This document shows, piece after piece, positions 40,778 to 53,179 of a DNA stretch of 64,000 nucleotides. Source of the stretch: Eledone cirrhosa (taxonomy: Eukaryota). Within the stretch, counting starts at the first letter, position 1; each line of letters opens with the position of its first letter. The position numbers were made by a program, and so were the translations under genes. The stretch covers positions 183,830,001 to 183,894,000 of the forward strand of contig OZ024743.1 of NCBI GenBank assembly GCA_964016885.1, in the 5' to 3' direction. The notes beneath the pieces are model-generated. The model ran no database searches and had not been told where the DNA came from. It worked only from the letters and a program-made list of their open reading frames with translations.

Positions 40778-41682
40778 AGATGATGCATGACATACCCTGA
40801 CATAGTAGATGGTTAAGATTCAGTCATGGTAGTGAATATGATATGACAAGACTCAATATTTATATACCTTAAGATTGTGACATGAAAAAACTTACATATA
40901 ATACAGAGGGTGCGTGTGAGAAAGCTTAAAAATACATAATAGCAATTTACATAACTGTTAGAGATTCAAATAATTTAAATTATTGAAAAAGGAAGAAAGA
41001 AAGAAAGAAGAAAGACAGGGAGAAACAGATGAGGAAAAGATATAGTTACTAGAAGTATAGAAAGCAAAAGAGAATTGATCAAGGATAGAGAGACAAAAGG
41101 GGAATAATTTTTATAGTATAAAGCATAGATAGATATACATTTGGGCATAGCTTTGTGAAAGAGTAAACTCAAATCTTTGAATTATCTAGAAGTATCCATC
41201 TATCTAAATATTAAATATATCTCGGTGTAATTATATGAGGGTTTAATTTCGAGTCCTCAATTAATAAGAAATATACTAACAATTATTTATACACCATATA
41301 TATCCAAACTTATTCGGCTGACCGTTAAATTTCAAATTCCTTATGTTAGTTCAGAATAATGGATTAAACTAAAGGTATAATATTTCAGGCTATAAAAGTT
41401 TATAAATGTCTATATTAATATTAAAGTATACTAACATATTTAATTTATAAAATCATATTTAAAGTATTTTCAAACATGAGAAAGAAACTTAGTATTTTCA
41501 TCCACATGAAGGTATTAATAATATAAGATATTAAATTATATTATCTTATATTATTTTCCCATACTAAAATAATTCTCACTATATAATTTAGAAAATAATT
41601 ACAGTTATAACTTTAAAAATTTAAAATTAACAATTAGAATGTCCTAAAGCATCTAAAGGTGCAAGAAGAAGCGGCCGGACAA

Positions 41683-41948
41683 ACTCCGGTATTTGTTTAT
41701 TTTACGTTCTTCTGCGAGGTGGGCCGCGATGCCAGGGTTTGTGGCCGAAGCGACTAAGTTGGAGGCAGAGAACGTATCGCAGCAGGTGGCATCCCAGATG
41801 AGGGATCTACCTCCTTCGGATGGGAAGAGGGTGATTCCGTCGGCGCGCTTGCCATCTTCACGGTCTAGGCCTGCTGGCTCCAGTTGAGACGGAAAGCCAG
41901 CTGCGTCCAGGGTCCTTCTCAGTATGACGTAGAGAGCGGCGTGTCGGG
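41683..41948 (-). mobile_element. CRE-like retrotransposon RLE fragment
   Basis: Minus translation RHAAL..LEPAGLDREDGKRADGITLFP..GRSLIWDATCCDT..ERKINKY. Confidence 0.85.
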
Positions 41949-41949
41949 A

Positions 41950-43728
41950 TAAATAACATTACTAATTGTTCACAATTCTTTCAGAGGGAAAGGGAAAACA
42001 GGGGAAAAAAAAGAAAGGCAAAGAAAGAGAAAAGAAAAAAAAAACACAGAAGCGGTTAGCACACATATCCGGGACCACATACAACAAAGGACAGGCGAAA
42101 GGGGTGGACAACTGAGTCGCTACCAGAGTAAAAGATAACAGTATCGCGAGGAGCACTGGGAAACCTCTCTAATGATTTTTGAGCCAAGCCAGCACGCTAG
42201 CAACGTTATCTCGGGTGATAGCGAGGCTGAGGTGCTGGAACAATCAAGCGCCCCCACGAGCTTCACCAGTTACCTCTGTTTGGCGAGCTACCAGTGAAGA
42301 TAGGAATCTCGCAGTCAGTAGCCCGACTCCACCAAATACCTCGAACGCCACAGGCTGAAAAATGTAATTGGCCGACAGATTACGGTATTTTAGGATTTTG
42401 TTCCGTTTGGCTGCGGAAGCTGTGGCTCTCGCCCTAACCGTAGCATCCAGGATGCGGGAAGAAGCAAAAGAGTCACTAACTGTGATGTCCCAGACAAGGG
42501 ATCTGCCTCTCGACCAGGGGCACAGGGTAAGTCCGTCAGGTCTTTTCCCATCAATTCTGGATAATCCAGATGGTTCCAAGATTGAGGGATATTTGCCCGG
42601 ACCAAAGATCTCTTGAGAATAAGGTTTAGCCTCACGTGACGCCCGAAGCGACCGGCATTCAGGCAGCAAGAAAGACCGTGGAGTTGAGGAGTTTGCTACA
42701 TCGACATCTCAGACCCGTACAGACGTCAGCTCACACTCTGAGGGCAATGGAAACGCGAAGTTCGTCCAAGCTGAGTGGGCCACCAATGTTAGCCACGGGT
42801 AGGGCGTCAACCCAGTCGCCTGAGTATTTGGCGCTGGCAGACAGTAAGCGGCACCTTGAAAACTGATCTGACTAGTCGAAGAGGGAGTCGAAGGTGGCCT
42901 TCGAACTTATGCTGTCCCAAGCTCTCTGACTTTGACTGTCCTCCACCTTGTCAGGAATAGATAAACCCAACTCACTCCATTGTTGGAGAGGTTCATCCAA
43001 CTCCCTGTTGGAACTAGTCCATGTTGGAGAGGAGAGGATGCTGCTCACCCGGGTGGAGCAAGCGTGGGTGGAGGAAAGGAAGCAGGGGAGAGAGAGGGAC
43101 GAACATTTACGAAGACCAAGACCCCCAAATCGCTTTGGCAACGCAGCCTGATCGCGGGACTCTGGAGAGAGTCTGACATTGACCAAACACTCGAGTCTCT
43201 CGAAGATTAGGTCGTTGAAGCGTTGGAGGCAGGACGAAAATCTGATCCTGAGCATATATAGAAGCTTAGGAATCGAAAGGTAGTTTCTGAGTATGAAAAA
43301 ACCTTGATGGGGTTCGATTGCTTCAATATTCTTTAGCAACTGTTCAAGGCCAACCATCTTCGATTGGAAGATTGACTCGAAGGCAAGGTCTGTAATTGGG
43401 GATCCTAAGGAGTATCAAACCGACGGGGGAGGGCAGTAATGGAAGAGAAGGACTTTGTTAAGAGGTCAATTGTCTGTTGAGGTTGAGAGGCCGACTGGTT
43501 GAGGATCCAGAGCTCACATTTGGCGCTATTAACCTGGAGACCTCCAACAACCAAGCTCCTCAACCATTTTAGTGATGTCATCAATACCCAGTGCAAATAG
43601 AGCGGGTCTGAGTGGGTCGCTCTGTTGGACTCCTGAGGCAGAGGTGATCATTTTGACACCAAAAGAGAGGTAGGAGGGCTCCTGATAAGCCTGCCAAGAA
43701 AAGTGGTACAGCTGTGGACCTTCTCTCT
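41950..43728 (-). mobile_element. 5'-truncated, decayed CRE-like retrotransposon (RT to RLE)
   Basis: GVQQSDPL.PALFAL, GLQVNSAKCE, QAALPKRFGGLGLR, DGKRPDGLT..WDITVSD, KILKY, FQPVAFEVFG. Confidence 0.9.
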
Positions 43729-43732
43729 CAAC

Positions 43733-43986
43733 ATATGTTGATTTAAAACTGCACTATCAACAAGTGTTTTTTTAGCCTTCATATCATGTTCTCCTGTTTT
43801 ATCTGATGAAAACACAAATATTATTGCTTGATGATGTTTGTTTTTGAAATGCGCATAATAAAATATATGGAACTCCTTTAACCATCTTTTGATCTTATAT
43901 TATGCATACTCCAGTCCCACAAACTGTAGAGTGCTTCTTATCCGATATCTGCATTGCTTTATTGTACTACAATAAAACTCACCTCC
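43733..43986 (+). mobile_element. Solo Penelope pLTR
   Basis: Reverse complement of 38066-38231; terminal 31 bp identical to 39437-39467. Confidence 0.75.
43797..43863 (+). ncRNA. Minimal type I hammerhead motif
   Basis: ttttat-CTGATGA-long stem II-GAAA-tgcgcATA-ataaaa; predicted cleavage after 43857. Confidence 0.75.
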
Positions 43987-44085
<99 letters not shown>

Positions 44086-44150
44086 ATGCGTGCGTGCGCG
44101 TGCGTGTGTGCGTGTACGTTATACATGAGAATGCATGCACACATACAATA

Positions 44151-46109
44151 ATGCTCATTGTAACTCTTTACTTTGTATCCGCAGTTCTTCTGGTGAGACC
44201 AACTGGACGACGTGTTAACCGTATCAACATCAAAGAAAGATTACATTACAATTACCGACAGAACAAAGCAAATACACTTCCAGATATCTTTGGTCTGATG
44301 CCACCGAATAACTTCGATGTTGTGGATCAATTCAACACAAGCCAGGGCCTCCAGATCTTAAAGCTGCAACAATTATACAAAAACATTCCAATCTACGATG
44401 GAACACTTTCAGTTGTAATCGAATCGAACGGTAAGCTGACCAGTTTGGCAAGCGGTTCTGCTATTCAAGGATTGAGTTCCTATTATTACTGGGATAGGTT
44501 ATTGTCAGCGACATTAACAGAAGTAGAAGCGTTAGACATTGCTATCAACTCTGCACAACACAGCCATCTTAGAAACTATATTTATAATTATAGTTTACAC
44601 AGAAAGATTTACGTTGATGATTTCGGTGACGTAAGTTTAATATACGAAATTGATTATTTAATATATACTGATAGTGTGGTTAAGCGGCCAGCATTTCTTG
44701 TAAACGCTCACACTGGAGGTATTTTGCTTCAGTGGTCGAAACTAAATACTTTGGCTGACCACCATTTACTCACTGGTCACGGTGGTAACGAGAAAAGTGG
44801 TACGTTTGTTTACAGCAGAGACGATAGGAAAGTTTTTGTGAAGAGGAACCATGGAAATACCTGCTTTCTGGAGAACGAATACGTCAAAGTTCTCAACCTT
44901 AGTGAACGGTCAAGTTACAGAGATACTAACAATGTCGTCAGCTATAAATGCTTCGATAATTTCAACGATTCAGTCAATGGCGCTAAGTCGCCAGCTCGAG
45001 ATGCCTTGTATTATGGTAGCGCGCTTTTTGAAATGTTTCTCTCCTGGTACGGGACTGAAATTTTGCGAAACAAATTGATAATTGGGGTATACTGTAATAT
45101 TGACAATGCATTCTGGGACGGAAAACAATGCAATTTTGGCAACGGAGGAGATCTTTCTTATCCTTATACAGTTGCTGATATTATAGGTCATGAAGTGGCA
45201 CACGGCTTCACCGAACAGCATTCATGTCTTTTGAATTTTGGACAGTCAGGATCTATGGATGAATCATTCTCCGACATAACAGGTGAAACTTTAGAAGCAT
45301 ATCTCGGACAAAATGACTGGTCAATAGGAAATTTTATAACGAAATCTGACGACAAAGGATTTAGATTTTTGGATGATCCTTCAAAGGATAACATTTCTGT
45401 AAACCATTATAATAATTATACAGAGAACTTAGACCCTCATTTTGGTTGTGGTATCTATAACAAAGCGTTCTACTATGTAGTTCAGGATTATAAAGTTCCA
45501 ATCAAAGACGCCTATCACGCATTTATGTTAGCTAATCGTTTGTATTGGCATCCAACATCGAATTTCTCAACAGGAGCCTTTGATATTTTGCGGGCGGCTT
45601 ATTATATTGGTCTTGATGTTAACCCATTTAGAATGGCTTTTCACCTGGTGGGCATTAAAACTTCTATTCTAACGAACGACATTTATTTACTGGACACAAA
45701 CAAAACATTTTCTGATATAAAAGTTGGTGACGGTAAAACTCCACTTTTTTCTTTCAATCCTTCATTTTGTATATCTGCTATGGTAATTCAAGCAAATTCT
45801 AACAATCACCACACTATTCATATTAAAGTAACTAAGCCAGACGACATTATTTTTCATTTTAACATTAATAAAACAGATGATACAACCTTCCATATTAAAG
45901 TTCATAAACCGGACCTTGTACTGAATAATACGTGCTTCCTAATTGAAGGTGTTAATAGAATCAAACTGTTCGGAGACTTGCCTATGATAAATCGAATTCA
46001 CATTGAACTTATTTCAAAGACATTTCTTTTGACTGACGTTACTTTAAACGTTTCCTGTGAGTACAAATACTATTATAATCAAGAAGGTCATACAAACCTT
46101 GTAAAGTGA
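44151..46109 (+). CDS. Peptidase M4 family (thermolysin/pseudolysin/vibriolysin-like) zinc metalloprotease preproprotein
   Basis: Open 652-codon frame: hydrophobic N-terminus, FTP-like LQQLYKNIPIYDG, PepSY-like RPAFLVNAHTG, GHGGNEKSG, VNGAKSP, NAFWDG, HEVAH, GSMDESFSD, DPHFGCGIYNKAFY, ANRLYW. Start uncertain (ATG 44151 or splice acceptor at 44183-44184). Confidence 0.92.
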   Translation: MLIVTLYFVSAVLLVRPTGRRVNRINIKERLHYNYRQNKANTLPDIFGLMPPNNFDVVDQFNTSQGLQILKLQQLYKNIPIYDGTLSVVIESNGKLTSLASGSAIQGLSSYYYWDRLLSATLTEVEALDIAINSAQHSHLRNYIYNYSLHRKIYVDDFGDVSLIYEIDYLIYTDSVVKRPAFLVNAHTGGILLQWSKLNTLADHHLLTGHGGNEKSGTFVYSRDDRKVFVKRNHGNTCFLENEYVKVLNLSERSSYRDTNNVVSYKCFDNFNDSVNGAKSPARDALYYGSALFEMFLSWYGTEILRNKLIIGVYCNIDNAFWDGKQCNFGNGGDLSYPYTVADIIGHEVAHGFTEQHSCLLNFGQSGSMDESFSDITGETLEAYLGQNDWSIGNFITKSDDKGFRFLDDPSKDNISVNHYNNYTENLDPHFGCGIYNKAFYYVVQDYKVPIKDAYHAFMLANRLYWHPTSNFSTGAFDILRAAYYIGLDVNPFRMAFHLVGIKTSILTNDIYLLDTNKTFSDIKVGDGKTPLFSFNPSFCISAMVIQANSNNHHTIHIKVTKPDDIIFHFNINKTDDTTFHIKVHKPDLVLNNTCFLIEGVNRIKLFGDLPMINRIHIELISKTFLLTDVTLNVSCEYKYYYNQEGHTNLVK

Positions 46110-46174
46110 ATATTATTGCAATATTAACAATGTTCATCTTTCTTCAAAAATATTTCTTATTGAAAATCAGAGCC

Positions 46175-46180
46175 AATAAA
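46175..46180 (+). promoter_or_regulatory. Candidate polyadenylation signal of the M4 gene
   Basis: AATAAA 66 nt after the stop, with further copies near 46200 and 46216; weak evidence in AT-rich DNA. Confidence 0.35.
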
Positions 46181-46285
46181 AATATAAAATGAAGCTGAGA
46201 ATAAAAAAAAATGGAAATAAAAAGAGAAGATAAAAGTGTAATAGTGTATGCTCAGTAGTTTTATTTACTCTAATATTTCGTGTGT

Positions 46286-46478
46286 AGTGGATTGGCAGTG
46301 TCGGTAGAACGTCGGACAACATGCTTTGCGGCATATAGTGACGGCCTTTTACGTTCTGAGTTCAAATCCCGCCTTTCATCCTTACGGGGTCGATAAAATA
46401 AAGTACCCGAAATGCACTGGGACGATTTACTTTCCCCTCCTCCAAAATTGCTGGCCTTGTGTCTAAATCAGAAACCAA
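46286..46478 (+). mobile_element. tRNA-derived SINE
   Basis: tggcagtgtcgg, gagttcaaatcc, gcctttcatccttacggggtcgataaaataaagtacc. Confidence 0.85.
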
Positions 46479-46724
46479 TATTTCATGTGTGTGTGTGTGG
46501 GGGGGGGGGGTATAAACTGAACAACTTTAGTTTCCATGATTCTTAATTACAGATGATTTCCGATGTTGTATACCGTTCCTTACGACAGGACAAACACTTA
46601 ACTCTACTGGGTAAATAGATAATTTGCTTTACACAAACAGATACACACATACACATACACACATACACATACATACATACACATACTCTTTCACGCAAAC
46701 AGATGCACACATACATATACCCAT

Positions 46725-46757
<33 letters not shown>

Positions 46758-46819
46758 TACAGACACACACACAACACAAACAGGCTTATACACATACACT
46801 CTCCCTAATGAGGAAAGAG

Positions 46820-48680
46820 TATACACACAAGAACTGTCTCCCAGTTGTAGTAAGAGTAATCACACATAAGAACTCTCTCCCAGTTGTAGTATGAGTATAC
46901 ACACATAAGAACTCTCTCCCAGTTGTAGTATGAGTATACACACAAGAACTGTCTCCCAGTTGTAGTAAGAGTAATCACACATAAGAACTCTCTCCCAGTT
47001 GTAGTATGAGTATACACACACAAGAACTCTCTCCCAGTTGTAGTATGAGTATACACACATAAGAACTCTCTCCCAGTTGTAGTAAGAGTAATCACACATA
47101 AGAACTCTCTCCCGGTTGTAGTATGCGTATACACACATAAGAACTCTCTCCCAGTTGTAGTATGAGTATACACACATAAGAACTCTCTCCCAGTTGTAGT
47201 AAGAGTAATCACACATAAGAACTCTCTCCCAGTTGTAGTATGCGTATACACACAAGAACTCTCTCCCAGTTGTAGTATGAGTATACACACATAAGAACTC
47301 TCTCCCAGTTGTAGTATGAGTATACACACATAAGAACTCTCTCCCAGTTGTAGTAAGAGTAATCACACATAAGAACTCTCTCCCGGTTGTAGTATGCGTA
47401 TACACACAAGAACTCTCTCCCAGTTGTAGTATGAGTATACACACATAAGAACTCTCTGCCAGTTGTAGTATGAGTATACACACACAAGAACTCTCTCCCA
47501 GTTGTAGTATGAGTATACACACATAAGAACTGTCTCCCAGTTGTAGTATGAGTATACACACATAAGAACTCTCTCCCAGTTGTAGTATGAGTATACACAC
47601 ATAAGAACTCTCTCCCAGTTGTAGTATGAGTATACACACATAAGAACTCTCTCCCAGTTGTAGTATGAGTATACACACATAAGAACTCTCTCCCAGTTGT
47701 AGTATGAGTATACACACATAAGAACTCTCTCCCAGTTGTAGTATGAGTATACACACATAAGAACTCTCTCCCAGTTGTAGTATGAGTATACACACATAAG
47801 AACTCTCTCCCAGTTGTAGTATGAGTATACACACATAAGAACTCTCTCCCAGTTGTAGTATGAGTATACACACATAAGAACTCTCTCCCAGTTGTAGTAT
47901 GAGTATACACACATAAGAACTCTCTCCCAGTTGTAGTATGAGTATACACACATAAGAACTCTCTCCCAGTTGTAGTATGAGTATACACACATAAGAACTC
48001 TCTCCCAGTTGTAGTATGAGTATACACACATAAGAACTCTCTCCCAGTTGTAGTATGAGTATACACACATAAGAACTCTCTCCCAGTTGTAGTATGAGTA
48101 TACACACATAAGAACTCTCTCCCAGTTGTAGTATGAGTATACACACATAAGAACTCTCTCCCAGTTGTAGTATGAGTATACACACATAAGAACTCTCTCC
48201 CGGTTGTAGTATGAGTATACACACATAAGAACTCTCTCCCAGTTGTAGTATGAGTATACACACATAAGAACTCTCTCCCAGTTGTAGTATGAGTATACAC
48301 ACATAAGAACTCTCTCCCAGTTGTAGTATGAGTATACACACATAAGAACTCTCTCCCAGTTGTAGTATGAGTATACACACATAAGAACTCTCTCCCAGTT
48401 GTAGTATGAGTATACACACATAAGAACTCTCTCCCAGTTGTAGTATGAGTATACACACATAAGAACTCTCTCCCAGTTGTAGTATGAGTATACACACATA
48501 AGAACTCTCTCCCGGTTGTAGTATGAGTATACACACATAAGAACTCTCTCCCGGTTGTAGTATGAGTATACACACATAAGAACTCTCTCCCAGTTGTAGT
48601 ATGAGTATACACACATAAGAACTCTCTCCCAGTTGTAGTATGAGTATACACACATAAGAACTCTCTCCCAGTTCTAGTTA
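46820..48680. repeat. 39-bp minisatellite array (~47 copies)
   Basis: Unit cacacataagaactctctcccagttgtagtatgagtata; shorter variant units on the left, homogeneous on the right. Confidence 0.98.
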
Positions 48681-49833
48681 GAAACGTGCAAACCGTATCA
48701 GCAAAATGATCTTTAACGTATATCTTTGACAGGCTGCGCTCTATTACAACGAAGAACCACCAAAATAATACATACTTGATTTTATAGCGACATTACCCAG
48801 TGTTAGAACAATGCTGTGCTTCAATTCCGTGTTATTTGCACATCGATATCTCGTGTCGCTATAGCGTAAACCAGTTGATGCCCTTCTTAATACATTACTT
48901 TCTTCATTTCAAGTTTCACTTTATCGCATCTAAAATAACTGGTTGGCTTTAGTACCAAGAAACAGTTTCATAATGCCAAACTATCTTTTGCAGAATCCTC
49001 ATCCCCTTTGTTGTTTGAAACATAAAATTGAGAATTTTGTTTTCTAAAGATGCATGTCAGGTTCTGCCGTCTTGTGGGAGACCTCGCTGATCAGGGTGTG
49101 GCTGGAGGAGATCAAATGTAACAATAAACCCAACTTAAAATTAAAATTTAAAAAAGTGCTGCTTCAGACATAATCCTGTCTGGCCCTCTGGGACTATAAC
49201 AATTATTGGGGTTTATCTTACTCACGTTAATATGTAGCTCGGGGGAAAAAATTACTATATGATAATTCAAAATAGGTAACAGGATTAGTGAAAGCTGGGA
49301 TAGCAAGAGGAAGAATGGGATCTGGGAGCCACTGTACCAAACTATATAATTCTTGTTGCTAACCAGTCTGTATGTATTTATATGTGCGTAGTTTGCGTGT
49401 GTGCAAGTGAGAAGGGGGCTTTCTTTCTTTCTAACTTTCTTTCCATCTCATTTCAAGATGGGCCCGTGTCAAGTTGTAAAGCCGCATGGCAATAGTTATT
49501 AGGGTATTCGACTCCCAATGGAACACTCGTCGTCGTAACCGACAGAGTGCCAGTTTAAAAAATAAAAACACACATATATGTATAGGTAAACATACACACA
49601 CACACACATATATATATGCATACATACACACTTTATATATATGTATGTATGAGAATGTATGTATACGTGTGTGTGTGTCTGAATATACAACATACTTAAC
49701 GTAGCTCCTAAGTCAAAAACCATCATCACAATTTATAAATTATACATAATGGTTGGGTGAAAACTCTATTCTAAGTTACATGTTTTTTCTTATGTCAATA
49801 GATACAATTACCAAATAATAAATCTATCTGCTG

Positions 49834-49866
<33 letters not shown>

Positions 49867-50073
49867 ACATTTATTCCACCTCGCCCGTCTCTTCAATCTA
49901 GCTTAATTCTCATTCTTTCTTCTGATGAAAGACTAACATCGGAAACGTTAAGACCCTCTTCCTTCTATTTCAAGCGATAACCTAATATATTCCTTCCATT
50001 TACTGTACCGATTGTGTTGTTATTTCTGTTTACCTTTTACACAGACACACACACACATATATATATATAATTA

Positions 50074-50389
50074 TAGTGGAACCCCGGTTCACGAACTTAA
50101 TTCGTTCCTGAAGGATGTTCGTAAACTGGAAATATTTTTATCGTGCGAAACGAGAAATACAGTGGGAGAGAGAGAGACTGTGTGTGAAAGACAGGTAGAT
50201 ATCGCCATAGTAACTAACTACACAGCAAGTGATACTTTCCCGCCGATACACCCAGCTTGTCGCCAACCATTGTCGTCGGCTTGCGTGTTTGTTACTCGAG
50301 ACACCGTTCGTCAACCGAGGCGTTTTATGTTCGGAAAAATTGTTCGTAAGCCGATTTGTTCCGATGCCAGGCGTTCGTGAACTGAGGTT

Positions 50390-50395
<6 letters not shown>
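50074..50395. mobile_element. Tigger/pogo-like MITE
   Basis: Imperfect TIRs tagtggaaccccggttcacgaac / gttcgtgaactgaggttc in a TA context. Confidence 0.65.
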
Positions 50396-50437
<42 letters not shown>

Positions 50438-50441
<4 letters not shown>

Positions 50442-52445
50442 CGATGAAATGCCTGGGACGGTTGGAGGGTCACTGATGAAGGACTCGCCCCCTTTTTTAT
50501 ATGTAACCCATTTGCAACGCCGCAGCTCCATTATTATCATATTTACACATATTTTTTCCTCTGCTGCCACCCGTCTGTTTCCCTCTTTGTATCTTTACCC
50601 TTTCTAGCAGTCTCTCTCTCTGTTAGCCTCTTCCTCAACTTTCACTCACTCATACCCTGTCACTACCTCTCCTCCACTCCTCTTTCTTCCCGCTTGACCT
50701 GTCCGATTTCTTTTCTCGCGCACTCTTGGCCAAGCCGGTATGAATTTTTTTTCTCTCTCTCTCTCGTCTGCGTCTTCACAGAACTTATGTTTACCGAATT
50801 CGCAGACCAGACCCCTTCTTCTTCTTCCTCCCGTTAGACCTGTGCGAAATTCCTTCCTTGCTCACATTTCAACCAGGTCTGATGGTCTTTATTCTCTAGT
50901 AGTTCACGATTTTATCGAGTTTATATTCATAGAAATCTGGGACTTGTCTCTTTCCTCTCACTTTCTGTTGCTTAAACCATTTTGTTTGTTCACCCTAACG
51001 TTCTCTTTATTTACGTGTCCCAACGACTTTTTTTAGCTGTTGTTCGCACCAACCTGAGGTATATGGCCCTTAAAGCGATGAAATGCCTGGGACGGTTGGA
51101 GGGTCACTGATGAAGGACTCCCCCCCTTTTTTATATGTAACCCATTTGCAACGCCGCAGCTCCATTATTATCATATTTACACATATTTTTTCCTCTGCTG
51201 CCACCCGTCTGTTTCCCTCTTTGTATCTTTACCCTTTCTAGCAGTCTCTCTCTCTGTTAGCCTCTTCCTCAACTTTCACTCACTCATACCCTGTCACTAC
51301 CTCTCCTCCACTCCTCTTTCTTCCCGCTTGACCTGTCCGATTTCTTTTCTCGCGCACTCTTGGCCAAGCCGGTATGAATTTTTTTTCTCTCTCTCTCTCG
51401 TCTGCGTCTTCACAGAACTTATGTTTACCGAATTCGCAGACCAGACCCCTTCTTCTTCCTCCCGTTAGACCTGTGCGAAATTCCTTCCTTGCTCACATTT
51501 CAACCAGGTCTGATGGTCTTTATTCTCTAGTAGTTCACGATTTTATCGAGTTTATATTCATAGAAATCTGGGACTTGTCTCTTTCCTCTCACTTTCTGTT
51601 GCTTAAACCATTTTGTTTGTTCACCCTAACGTTCTCTTTATTTACGTGTCCCAACGACTTTTTTTAGCTGTTGTTCGCACCAACCTGAGGTATATGGCCC
51701 TTAAAGCGATGAAATGCCTGGGACGGTTGGAGGGTCACTGATGAAGGACTCCCCCCTTTTTTATATGTAACCCATTTGCAATGCCGCAGCTCCATTATTA
51801 TCATATTTACACATATTTTTTCCTCTGCTGCCACCCGTCTGTTTCCCTCTTTGTATCTTTACCCTTTCTAGCAGTCTCTCTCTCTGTTAGCCTCTTCCTC
51901 AACTTTCACTCACTCATACCCTGTCACTACCTCTCCTCCACTCCTCTTTCTTCCCGCTTGACCTGTCCGATTTCTTTTCTCGCGCACTCTTGGCCAAGCC
52001 GGTATGAATTTTTTTTCTCTCTCTCTCTCGTCTGCGTCTTCACAGAACTTATGTTTACCGAATTCGCAGACCAGACCCCTTCTTCTTCTTCCTCCCGTTA
52101 GACCTGTGCTAAATTCCTTCCTTGCTCACATTTCAACCAGGTCTGATGGTCTTTATTCTCTAGTAGTTCACGATTTTATCGAGTTTATATTCATAGAAAT
52201 CTGGGACTTGTCTCTTTCCTCTCACTTTCTGTTGCTTAAACCATTTTGTTTGTTCACCCTAACGTTCTCTTTATTTACGTGTCCCAACGACTTTTTTTAG
52301 CCGTTGTTCGCACCAACCTGAGGTATATGGCCCTTAAAGCGATGAAATGCCTGGGACGGTTGGAGGGTCACTGATGAAGGACTCCCCCCTTTTTTATATG
52401 TAACCCATTTGCAATGCCGCAGCTCCATTATTATCATATTTACAT
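50438..52445. repeat. ~632-bp tandem repeat, ~3.2 near-identical copies
   Basis: gcgatgaaatgcctggg recurs at 50441, 51075, 51706 and 52339; flanked by (TA)n. Confidence 0.97.
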
Positions 52446-53179
52446 ATATATATATATATATATATATCTATATATATATATATAATATATATAAATATAA
52501 ATTCAGCGAAAATCGCATTTCGGCGGGTAGAAAAAGCGAAACGAAACGCAAAAATCAGAGTTATGCTGGCAAGCGCTCCATGGTTTAAAAACAAACAGAG
52601 CTAAACAATATGTACAAACTGAAAAAGTGGTCAAGAAGGCATTAACCACCTAAGCCAAAAAACAAATCAAGCTAGACAGGTCAAACAAAATAAATGATAA
52701 AAACAGACATGGACCCATTGGAATTGATGGTAAAATCCAAATGCAGGGTTTCTATGACACCTAAATCAATAATACTGTCTGCTTAAAACTATAAGCTTTT
52801 GGTATAATGATCGAACAAGGAATATCACGTTATCAACAGGTATTTTGCTCTGTACCAACATTGTGAATGACGTAGAGCTTTGTAAAAGCACATGTGTAAT
52901 TCACAAGGGGAAAACCCCCAGATTTTGGCAAATGAATTCAGTATGTGTATATCATGCCAAAAAATGTATAAATAGCACAAATCGAATAAGCACTCAACCG
53001 GGTAGTTTTAAAAATAAACTTATGTAATTAATCTGTCAATAGAATTGTTTCATCCTAGCACGAGACCGACACCATCGGAGTTGATAACAAAACTTAAACA
53101 CAAATATAAGATCAAGAACATTTGGAGGATATATAATAATAGGAGATTAGATAAGCACAAACATTAATATTTATATAAG

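Noticed and set aside
43902-44150. N-terminal extension of the M4 ORF in the ORF track
   Set aside because: Runs through a pLTR end and (TA)n/(TG)n microsatellites; open by chance.
46805-48655. Long ORFs and a CRISPR-like appearance in the 39-bp array
   Set aside because: All three minus frames are open by periodicity; there are no unique spacers and no cas genes, and the context is eukaryotic.
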